Assembly (NCBI GenBank): GCA_964057225.1
Contig: OZ059895.1
Location: 7,068,001 to 7,132,000, forward strand
DNA: 64,000 bases
Reading direction: 5' to 3'
Origin: Auanema rhodensis
Taxonomy: Eukaryota > Animalia > Nematoda
Shown here: positions 41,845 to 53,285 of the stretch, in pieces
How positions within the stretch are numbered: position 1 is the stretch's first letter
Layout: every line of letters starts with the position of its first letter
Notes under the pieces: model-generated
Told to the model about the DNA's origin: nothing
Database searches by the model: none
The model's input: the letters and a program-made list of their open reading frames with translations, nothing else
Translations under genes and position numbers: made by a program

Positions 41845-44800
41845 ATGTCACGGCGAAAACAGCTGAAACCAACACCAGTGAAAGAAGACCACCCAGGTAC
41901 TACGAACTTAACTATATCAGGCATAGTTGATAATATTATTACTGACTGTCCGATGACTAAAAAACGGTATTACATCGGGTTCTGTTAATATTTATATATG
42001 TTTGACAATGTTACAGCAAGTTATCAGATGCTGAATTTCATGTTGAAATTGATGATAAGACATCACTGACTCTCACGTCAACTGGAATTGATGTGGATCA
42101 GCAGACAACTGCTTCTCAACCTTCCAATTTAAGTGAATCGTCATCAAAACTTGATCAGTTTACTTGTCAATTATGTCTTTCACACTTTGACAGTATATCA
42201 AACTTACAAATGCATACGCTCAAACTTCATGTATCACCGGTAAGTACTGTATCAGTTTTACACCAAAGCTTCCATTAGAATTAAACCAAACCAATTTTTG
42301 AGTTTTACATAATTATTCAAAGAAAAACGAAAAAACTAACCCCAGATGGCATTATGTAGTTTTCTGACTCCCATAATGCATAACTAAAATGACTTATATG
42401 TATCCCTTCGAAACTGCTTTCGAGGACATTGCCAATTTCAGCTACAACGAAGCTGTTTTGCGTTCACAAATGAGAAAAATATAATGATACAAATGATGAT
42501 AAATTTTTGGCCATGATGTTGATAGGATACTAAATCTTCATGCTGTCTTTTTCAAATAGAAACTTTTTTGAACAAATTTCGAATCAATTTAAAATTAAAC
42601 AATATATTGAGAAAAAAATAAAAAACAAAAATAATAAAATGTGGATCAATATAATAAAATGATATTTTCTTTCAGTTAAAAGGTAATGAAGTTGTATCAA
42701 CTTCTGAAGCGCAGGAACCTACTGTCACATCCGGTTTTCTTGAATGCCAGCATTGTTCAGCAGTATTCTCGAATTTTGCCAGTTTTGCAACTCATATGCG
42801 TAAGCATATCACCATTGAGAATGGCTTGGAGATGCGAGGTTCACCGATTCAGAATGTTGTGGTAGTCCCCGAATCATTAAGTACATCGTCAGCTATGATG
42901 GCAGCAAGTGCACAAGCTGCAGCTCTTTTACTCGAAGTGCCGCCTTGCTCAATATGCTCAGCCACATTCACAGATAATTTGGTAAGCTCTTTATCATAGT
43001 TTTCCTTCAAGTCACTACAACATCATTTATAATGACAAATTCATAAAGATATAGCTGAGCGTCTGTAAGCTGTCAACACCGATAGTCCCCGACGACGGTG
43101 TTGTCTAACATTCAAATGTAATCCTTAGCGGTCTCATGGGAAATATAATGTGCACTCTTTCATCCATTTTAGTAGCATATAATTTTGTTACTGGTTGGGA
43201 AGAAAGGCATTTTCTCTTTGGCGTTGTAGCCTGCTTTCTCTATTCTTTTGCATTTCGTTAATTTACTTTCACGAATGATTCCGAAACGATTCCCCAGTGA
43301 CTAAAAATAGCTATGCATCAACTAAATATAGTTCTTATTATGCAATACCTATTTTCAAGCCATAATCAATAGGGTAATGCTCTAACTCTTTACTAGCAAC
43401 ACTGACTCAAGCATAATTAGTTGTTCTGTAGAGCACCACACATATACACAACCAGCCAATACGACTAATCAACAAGAACCGTCGACAGCTTCCCATGAGG
43501 ATTCTATCAGCTGCAGGACTGAAGACCAGATGATCACCATCAGATAGAAAGCATTAGAAAACGTTATATGCGGAAAGAAATCAAAGATATCTAATGAGAG
43601 ATGAATTTAATTAAAACTAATCTTTAAGATATGTTGTATATGGAATTGTTTGCAACACAATTCTCAGCATAATGTTAGCTTGACTTTTCAATTTGAATGC
43701 AGATTGAAGTTTTGATTAATAGCAAAAACATTCGAGTCGCTTTATAAACTAGCTAAAAAGGAGTGCTACCAAGAAATCTTAAGCTGTAACAATCATTTGA
43801 TTAGGTTTTTAAAATTTGTATATTCCAGAGCCGGTTATCACATATTGTAACTCATTATGAAACAAAAATCGCTAGAGTTGTCTGTAGTACATGTTATGAA
43901 GTTCTTCCGACGGCCACAGCGTTGAAAGATCATTTTACTGAGCGTCATCTAAGTATTCGTTTCAATTGTACAATTTGCAATCTGACAACTAACACCCAAG
44001 AAGAATATCAAGTAAGTTACTAACATATGTATATAATAGTACGCTTTCTTCGTTGTTCCGCTCTTTTTTTTTTGCACGAAACGACGCAAACACATATTGC
44101 TTAGTATTCTGCAATATTCCGGATCACCATTGCTTAATCTCAAGGGAAATGTCCATAATTGGAATGCTGTTAGACGTACCATTCTCCTGAGAATTTAAAA
44201 CGAAATAAAGCAATCTAAAACTAGCATTTGATGCACGCTTATATGATCGGTTCTACAGGAGCACTGTCTGCTACACTGTCAAGAAAACAGCGTATCAAGA
44301 TGCAAAATTTGTCAAAAAACAATGGAAACACGGGAATTACTAGCTATACATATTCAACTTGATCATGATAGGTAATTGAGAGTGCAAAGGTCTTAATGGA
44401 ATCTAAATTTCAGGGATTCAAAGTCATTTGAACAGCATCGTCTTACAGCTGCCGCCGCAGCGGCAGCTTCTTTGATTGCACAAGCATCCCTTAATCCTTC
44501 TTCGAAACACAGTCTTCATTCGGTCGAGAAATCCCCCGATAGAGAAGTAAATTTTAAAAAATATACCTTATTATATCCTATAATCTATTCTCTTTTCAGT
44601 CACGAATATTACAATGTTCTGTTTGCGATGAACGCTGCCAAGGTGAAGATGCTCTTGATGAGCATCGTCTATTTAGTCACTGTAAAGTAAGATATTATAA
44701 TACAGATAAATCAAAATATTTTTCTTCTATTTGATTATTTTGAAAGCAAATATTTCCTTTTAAACGAAGAAACATACCTCAAATAGTTATTTCAATTTTT

Positions 44801-45852
44801 ATGAGCCAGATTACGGTATTTGAATGATTTAGATTCCTCGCTCAGATGCATGCGCGGAGTGCTCTAGTCCACTTAGAAATACAGATGATTTTGAAAGACA
44901 TACTAGGATGCATACAAGAGATATGTATATGCATTGTGCTGTCTGCAGGTATCTTTGTAAAAATAATTTTTTTTCAAAAATATTTACAGGCAATCGTTAC
45001 GTAGCGAAACTCAGTTGCTTCTACATTGTAGATTTCATATGACACAAGCACCAAGCACTTACCGAACTAATGCAAAATCTCCAGGACAACACACAGAACA
45101 GCAATGTGAAATATGTTCAAAAGTCTAAATTTAAAATTTTATAAACGTAATTAAACTTCCTTTAGGTATTAATCTCACATGATCAACTAATGCTTCATTT
45201 ATTGGAGCATGATATTTACAAATCATGTCCTCATTGCAGCCTTAGTTTTTCTTTAGCTCATCAATTACTTAGTCATGTTTCAGAATTGCATTCATCTGTA
45301 AGTATTATATTGATTAAAATTGTTTCCAATCAATAATATCTTACAGGAATCTCCATTTTATAAATGTGATATATGTGAGGAAAGTTTTCAATTTAATATA
45401 CAATTAGATCATCACAAGCTCCGTCATGGTCAAGACATTGATAGTTCTGATTCTGACAGTAGTTCTTATGCTTGCAATCAGTGTGACAAAGTTTGAAACC
45501 TTATATCGATAGAATAATATAAATATACTTTTAAGAGTTTTCAATCAATTACCTCATTGCAATCTCATTCAGCAAATCATAAAGAAGGTGCAATTAGAAG
45601 ATGCCCAATATGTTGTCTTTCTTTCAATACTGCCTCAAGATATGAGAATCATGTAAGGAAGCATGTAAATACAAGCTGTTGTGTATGTCAGATTTGTGGA
45701 CAAGGTTTCAATCGGTACGTCGTCCTGCTCTAGAACATTGCATATAAGCATTTCCTATAATCTTTTACAGAAGAGATGAACTAGAACAACATATGATGGT
45801 ACACAAAGGAAATCTTGAAATAGGATCACGGTTTCAGAAAATATCATCATGA
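41845..45852 (+). CDS. Multi-C2H2 zinc-finger protein, ZNF423/ZNF521 (OAZ/EBFAZ)-like, about 12 exons
   Basis: Starts MSRRKQLKP (NuRD-binding motif of the FOG/SALL/BCL11/ZNF423 type) after acceptor ATTCAG. More than 12 C2H2 fingers across GT-AG exons (e.g. FTCQLCLSHFDSISNLQMHTLKLH, CQHCSAVFSNFASFATHMRKH). Ends RFQKISS* at 45850-45852. Subfamily assignment is by resemblance. Confidence 0.85.
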
Positions 45853-46218
45853 ATATTATATATGTTATAAAGGAGAAAATAATAACAAAATATAAGACTA
45901 CATATCAGAATATATCATATAAAGAATTTTTTAATAATTTGTTACTTTATAATGCTCACAAACTCGTTCAGTAAATTAAAAAAGAGAAATAATTATACAT
46001 TAAATTATATACAAAGTGCAGCCAAAGAGTTAGAACAATGGTTTGGAAAGTGCCACGCTATACAATATTCAAATTTTTGAAACGTAATGGCGCGTTAAAC
46101 CAGATCGTTTATGCTAATTTATCATCAATGAATATATTGGTTTATTTAAACCGGCTTTATCTTATCAAGTACTTTTTTAAAATTTAGTGTTTCTTTTTTT
46201 GAGTTACAACTGGCAAAT

Positions 46219-46516
46219 ATGGATGAAGAAATGACTGTATTACAATCTAATACAAAAAGTCAAATTGCAGCTTATTACTCAGATGCTATGACGGTTAATT
46301 TTCAATAGCTATAATTTTATTATTTACTAGTTTTAGGCTTTTAACAAGATAAACATTAAATTTATTGATATGTTAAGTAATCCTACTAGCGCTAAAGTAG
46401 AAGAAGCTCATCATTTATGTGAAATAATTAAGCTTGCAGCAAGTATGCTGCCAGACACAACCGAAGGAGCAGAATTGGTTGGTCCAAGACACTTATACAG
46501 AGGACAACGTTTATAA
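46219..46516 (+). CDS. Small two-exon protein (~84 aa), unknown function
   Basis: ATG at 46219 and a ~43-nt GT-AG intron in phase 0 give MDEEMTVLQSNTKSQIAAYYSDAMT/AFNKINIKFIDMLSNPTSAKVEEAHHLCEIIKLAASMLPDTTEGAELVGPRHLYRGQRL*. AATAAA follows at ~46560. Confidence 0.6.
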
Positions 46517-46614
46517 AGTTTTATTTTAAAATTTGTCATGTCTAACTTTGTTCTCATAAAATAAACCCGTAAATATTGATTTTGTTTTAAACAAGCAGAA
46601 ATATCTATTCTAAT

Positions 46615-48358
46615 CTACGTGAGACATTTCAATGGTCCTTCCCAAAAGGCAGATCTTCCTCCTCGCTGGATTCGAAAAAAATCCACGATTTCGCTAGAGT
46701 AAAAGTGGCGATCATACCAAAATTGGTTTGCAAGTAGGATATTAACAACAGATTGATCAAATCTGCAATGCCAATAATACTATAGAAAATCATTAAAACA
46801 GAGATGGCAAAAACCTATGGCATCCAGCATACGTTGAGAACCGATCGGCTCCGAAAGAGCAACCTAACTGTGATCCAGGAGGAGCCATACATTCTGGTTC
46901 TAAGGCGCACATGACATACCTGGGAAGAAATCAATGCGCAACTTTAATTAGAATGATATACCATTTTAGGACATATTCCACTATTTCTTTTGTTCGAGCT
47001 ACTAAAGCAAATCCGGCTTCGTACATTTTTGCTTTTGGTTTTTTGATTTCAGCAAAATTCGTAGGAATATAATTATATACACCTGTCAATTTAGGTTTAA
47101 TTTTGAGAATATCTAAATACCTTTAGAAGTTGCAGCGTAAATACCATGTGACGTATAGCTATGAAGCAGATAAGGCGCCTGATCATTCACAAGTATTTTT
47201 ATATATTTAGTATAACAGTACCTTTTTACATTCTGCCAGGTTGCTTTTCCATACAGTTTGATTCCATCCTGATTCATGCGGTTGAATTGCTTCTCGATGA
47301 TCCCGTTCTTCAGATGATGAGACATTGTTACTAAACAATTATATATAGTCACCTTTTTATAAATTTATTCTTACTTAGGGTTAGAGTTTATATGGCATCT
47401 CAGCAGATCGTAAACATGACTCCAATCATTTCTGAGAAAAATTACGGAGCTATCCATGTAGAATACAGATTTATAGTCTTTCAAAGCTTCCTAAAACATG
47501 TATTTAAAACCCTAAATTTAACAAAAAACAATTTACAGCTATAAGAATAGGCTTCCATCTATATTCTTGTAAAAATTTAACTCTCTCTCCAAATTTGGTA
47601 AAATTAAAAGATCGGATTTCTACATTGCATGCACCCTGGATAACTTATTTGTAATATTTCTATAAAATTATTAACATACTATAAATTTAACCAAATCCTT
47701 TCCGAGTCCTAAATCATATAAAATTACTTTTTGATGAGGGAAATATTGCCGAATTAAATCAATCTGAAATACTTATAACTTACATTTTCAAGTGTTGTCT
47801 TACCAGCCGATATCCTTCATGAACATGAGAACGCGAAAACGCCGTCACGAAGACAGGATCTGGCATGTCATCTTGACTAAGATCAAGTAAATTTGTGTCA
47901 TCATAGTCTAGCAGGTCTAAAAATAAACATGTGCAGCTTGATGTTCTTAACTAAAACTACCTAAATCTTGTAAAATTTCGATTTGTTGACAGTTAAAGCG
48001 CTTGCCAGTTACTGTTCGATTCTCTGGTAGTCGATAACAAAAATCATAACGAGTATAATCAGATCCAATACATTCACATTCCGGATCAACGGATATTTCT
48101 TCTTGTTTCTTATTAATTATTTGTAGTTTAGTCTTAATAGTATAATAATTGTATTATACTATAGAAAATTTTTTGAAAGATATAAACTAACATCTATACT
48201 TCTCCATATATGGGATCTATTGAAAATTTGAATAACCATTGTACCAGATAAAACAAGTATCATATACTTAACAAAATGATATTTTGTACAATTGAAAAAA
48301 TTGTAATATTACTTACTATAAATAGATTAATACAGCGATGACGTAAAAGGAAAACCAT
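46615..48358 (-). CDS. DUF1647 family type II membrane protein (putative glycosyltransferase-like), multi-exon
   Basis: N-terminal hydrophobic anchor. Motifs YFPHQKVILYDLGL, YRWKPIL, CALEPECMAPPGS and RFDQSVVNILLANQFWYDRHFY resemble nematode DUF1647 proteins. The start exon is less certain. Confidence 0.8.
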
Positions 48359-49592
48359 GTTAAAAAATGGTTTTTTCTAATTGAATTTAAATTCAAAAGT
48401 CCTTAAAAATATAAATTATTAACAAAGTTTGGTATTAATATATCTGTTGGATGAACTAAAATGACTTAAAAATTATAAATCAGAGTTAAAATTAAGTAAA
48501 GTAAGCCTCTTTTCTTGAACTGTACAATTTTTGGCAATTCCAACGAAATAGGTTTGTCGATGTTACCATGAGAACTTGAGTATATAAAAAAACCACGAAA
48601 GGAGAAAGAGAATACTTGGAAAGAAATGAAAAATAAAAATTTTTGAAAATTGAAATACTAATAAAGCATTCAAAATTGATAAAGATTATATAATTCCATT
48701 TAATATTTCAGCCACTAACCATTTATTTCACTAGAACAGGAAAATTATTTGAAACACTGTGATTATTCTACCCATCAAATCTTAATAGCAAAATATTAAA
48801 GAAGAAGATAATATTAATAAAAACGAAAGGTTTCTGGGGAACAAATAATAAAAAAAAACACAAACAAGAGAAGAATTGAAGCCGCAAAATCTAATAAAAA
48901 TATCTCCCATGAATATCTCCAACAGCCAGCGATTAAACGAACGAATTTATGTGGCTTGTGAGAATTTTTCAGAAGGAATTCCGTAATACCAATGATTAAA
49001 AGTTTGAAACTCCCATTATAGCTATTCTCCGGAAAATATTTCGAAAATTTCTATTAGCTTTTCTGCCGAAGTGCCCCTACCATACAAAATATTAAAAAGA
49101 AATTCATGTACGAAATTTTTTATTTTGCATATGAAAGTTGTAAAGATCACAAATCTAGTATAAAAATAAAGTGAAGCATGCACAGGAATCTCGGATGTTA
49201 CAGACAGACTTTCCTATCCCATATAAGATCAACTCATATGGAGTGAGGAGATTTGCATTGTTAATTAGAAAAAATAAAGGGTAAAAACGTATAAAACCCT
49301 ATGGCAGGTGCTAATAAATAAATTAGTAAATATGAATAAATAAATACAATGTAGTCAGAAAAGAAATATGAAGAAAAGGCAAGTTATGATTAGTAAGGAA
49401 AATATTATTAGTTAGAGCATTCCAAATTCTATATGTTAGCATTCACATTAGGAGAATAACTAACAAAACAGAAACGTAAACAGTAAAGGTGAAATAGATT
49501 AAAAGATATGACAAGAAATAACAGATGGTCAAACATTTGTTCTGATACATATTAAATAAATATAAATTATAGAACAATTGCTTTGTTTTTTT

Positions 49593-52500
49593 TTATTTGC
49601 TTGGTTCCGAAAGATCCAATAGGTTCTCAATCCTGGCAACCGTTTTAGCAACATCGCTCACTTTATTGTCCGAATCTGCCCTACTGTCTCCATTGCATCC
49701 ATCGTCTTCACTAGTTTCTTCATCTTCATACTCTTCCTCGCTTTCATCTTCTTCCTCTTCATCGTCTTCATCGTCTTCTTCCTCGTCTTCATCGTCATCA
49801 TCATCGTCATCCTCTTCTTCATCTTCATCCTCTTCTTCCTCATCTTCGTCTTCGTCGTCTTCTTCATCTTCCTCTTCTTCCCAATTCAAAGTTTCTTCAG
49901 GGGCATTAGGATCTCTTCGAAGAGAAGGATCAGAGGAAATCTAAAAATAATTGATAGAACTTTAGTACTTTAATTTTCTCATATAGATATTTACATCTGG
50001 AAAGACAGGAAGTTCCTTATATTTGGTGCACTTTTGATTGAGGACGTGTGACAATGATCCAAGCTGAAACTGATCTCTTTCTTTAAAGCTGCTTTGAGGA
50101 GCAGGCGCTGGTTTCTTGTACATGAACATTTCTTCAGCATGTTCAGAAAGAACAGTAGTATTAAAGAGTAAATTTCTCAAAAATCGGCATCTATAAAAAA
50201 AAGAAAAAATCAATCTAGTAATTGAAAACTACATTTACCTGTCTCTAACATCATAACTTAAGTCGAAACGAGCCAGTTGGAGAACATACTGAACAAGCTT
50301 TTCACACTCTTCTCTATTTACCATCCATAGCTTGACGGCTAACTTCAAAGCTTCCAGCTATAATACACAGATAATTCCTATATACAAAGAAAAATTCAGA
50401 CCTTAACAATTTCATTTTCATTGGAGAAATTTTTGGCCAAAATGCGTAGAAAATCTGGAGCCATATGTCCCAACTACAAATCAGAATAAGGGACAATTTA
50501 AGTTTTGAGCTTACCTTTGATACATGTGTTGCCACCAACCAAACTACACAAGCTCTTGCAGCAGGAGCTTGTATGGTGTTTATTAAACGTACAAGTCTAG
50601 TAAGTAAAGGAAGAGGAGCATCAGCATGCAACAGCCTGAACGCAAAATTAATTAATTAGGAATTGGAATGTCTAGTTCACCTTTTTAAAACTACTACGGC
50701 ACAGCAAACGACATTTTCATTCGGTGATGCAATAAGTTGCACAAGTCCAGACATGCACTGTTCACTTACAGCGCCAACACGGACTGCACATCGTCCAATA
50801 GCCTCAACGGCTGGACCAGCCAGATCACTAATCGTCACATACGTCTGAAGCAAAGAAATGTAAGTATTATTATGTTTCATAGGCATACCTGAAGCTCTCT
50901 CAAAATAACGTGTACATTTGCTTCGGAAACCAAGCTTGTAAGTACATGAAGTTTTAACTCCCTCACGAATGAAGGATCCGATGACCGGACAAAAAATGAT
51001 TTCAGAAATGGATCAAACAAGCTCTAAAAAACACAATATTACGAATAAATATCAAACTATTAAACGATAGACGAAGATACAACAATTATACTTGTTGGTC
51101 CTCGCGTCTACAACAGTGAACCTCACAACCAAGATGAGGGTGGATGTCGAGTATGGCGTTTGAAGCAGAAAAAACAAACAATAGATAGAAATAATAAAGA
51201 AAAGTGACTAAGCATGCGCACAATTAACACACCACAACACGCTACTTGATTGATTGAAGAGATAGAACCGAAAGAATAGAAGAAAGCTACAAAAAGATTG
51301 AACGCTATCTCCGCCACCAAACCCCGAAGAGCACCAGCAAACGATACAAGTCTTTCATATATCACAAATAATCCAGTTAGTAAGACTTCTACTGTTAATT
51401 CGTATTAGTGGTTTCTGGGGCTGAGACAACACGAGTACTCCACACTCATCCTGGGATGCGGGCCCACTTTTGATATTGCGAAAGTGCCTGGTTGTACCGG
51501 GTTCCGTTCGCAAATTGTAGCCATATTCAGAAGAACGACGTACTGAACTTCACGAGGTCCTCGAAGAAGACGAACTAGAGCACGAGCAACCTAAAGGAGA
51601 TTATGATATTTTAAAAATTGAAACGATCCTCACTTGTGAAATTTGTGATTTTGGAGCAACGTGATAGAATAGCTGAGTTACAGACATCACAACACTACAG
51701 TTCCGAGACTAAACAAAGAATTAAGTTAAGTTTATTAATTAAGACGCAAAAATACTTGCAACAAAGGTCGAGCTGAACTAAGCAAAAGAGTTATATCAGG
51801 ATCTGGAGCATCACTATTATCAGGATTAGCTAACTCTGAGCGAGCATAACGAGTAAGTAATCCAATCATTATTACCTAAATATTATTTATATTCAGCAAT
51901 AGTACAGGTAAAAATAGACCTGTCCCCATTCATCTACATCTGCTAAAACCCGACACAATGCTCGATAATGTTTATGAATTAAATCAAATCTTGTTGGGCA
52001 AATCTGTAAGCTTAATTTATCAGGAACAATTTTATTATTGTATAACCTCTTCGAATGCATAAACGGCACTTCCAAGAACTAAACTTCGTCGGTCAGCAAG
52101 TAAGAAATCAATGCAATCAATAAGTTCATTTTCAAGATCAGGATCTAGAGAATACAATTTAGGAATTGCATGAGCAGCAACCTGAAAAGATTTAGAAATA
52201 ATATTAGCTACAGATAAATATTTACCTTCCTAACGTATGGACTCATATCTCTTACACAATCTTTAATAGCTAAAAGCATAATAGGAGAGATCATTCCTAC
52301 TCGAATTGAAGACAATACTCGTAAAGCACTGGCCCGAATCAGCTGATTATGATCCTAAAATTATTATAACTCATATAATAAAATTTTTTAAATTTTACTT
52401 TTAAAGCCTTTTGAAATGTAGAAATTGATAAAAGAGCTAAATCTTGTTGCTCTTCAGCATATCGTACTAAATAAACGTACACCAGCTTTTTGAGCTAAAG

Positions 52501-52865
52501 TAGAACCTTCGCTATACCATTCAAAATTATATTCAAACCTCGACATTTTTCGCAGCTACATTCTTCACAACTGCGGGAAAAAGCTCACTTACATCTTTTC
52601 CTTTTGCTATTAACTGAAATATATTCATATCTCGATGCTATACTAAGCCAAAGTACATACATTAATAATTCTTTTCATAGCATCAACTTTCAAACTATCC
52701 TTGCTATTATCTAGCATTGCTCTCAAGTCAGCAAAGCGCCTGAAAAAAACAGAATACAGCGAATTCATAGAAAATATACACTGACGTTCGGTTATCCAGA
52801 ATGACTCCACCTTCCGCTATCTCCATTTCGGGGCTGGTTAACCCCTCAGGAAATGACATTCTCAT
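49593..52865 (-). CDS. apb-3: AP-3 adaptor complex beta subunit, multi-exon
   Basis: Adaptin trunk motifs ([96 protein letters not shown]), an acidic hinge, and a clathrin-box-like NLLDLS before the stop. Start at 52865 or 52859. Confidence 0.93.
49716..49880 (-). repeat. GAN-codon low-complexity tract encoding poly-Asp/Glu in the APB-3 hinge
   Basis: Direct reading; in frame with the last apb-3 exon. Confidence 0.9.
51101..51482 (-). other. Predicted long-range RNA duplex in the 444-nt apb-3 intron (51024-51467) covering the 5' splice site
   Basis: Arms 51439-51482 and 51101-51144 are complementary in the sense transcript, with several G-U pairs. Confidence 0.65.
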
Positions 52866-53285
52866 CTTAATTTAAAATGAAGTACACAATGAAAAAAATT
52901 AAATACATAGGAGAAGGTAACTCCAATTCAAGTAAACATTAAAAAAGCTGTTATTGAAAGAAAAACTTGAGGTATATAACGAAGGTAGAATTATGAAGAC
53001 ACTTGATTAATACTCGTTATGATATGGAATATTACTCGTCAGAGAAAAGAGATACACGAAATAAAATTCAGGAATAAAAACAAATCCACTTTGTGTAAAA
53101 CTGTATGAGCATTTTAAATACAGACTAGATAAGAAACAACAACAACTTGGCTTGTATATGCCATCGAAGTACCTAACATTCTAATTTTAAGGCAGCAGAC
53201 ATCATGAGCAAGGTAGAACGGATTTGAGAAATACAATCGTGCAGATCAATTGAAAGAATCGGGAATTCAAAAAGAAATTAACAAT

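Noticed and set aside
44129-44215. Possible miRNA hairpin in a zinc-finger gene intron
   Set aside because: The stem is short and interrupted. The complementarity comes from two quasi-palindromic COE-like sites.
46075-46095. E2F/CHR (DREAM) element upstream of the small gene
   Set aside because: GGCGCG and TTTCAA are present but the spacing is non-canonical; too weak to call.
49597-49944. Poly-Ser (+) and K/M/T-rich (-) ORFs
   Set aside because: Alternative-frame and antisense shadows of the APB-3 acidic tract.
51085-51155. H/ACA snoRNA candidate in the apb-3 intron (local CCUCA/UGAGG hairpin and ACA)
   Set aside because: Pocket-to-ACA spacing is wrong and there is no second hairpin with an H box. 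The long-range duplex explains the sequence better.
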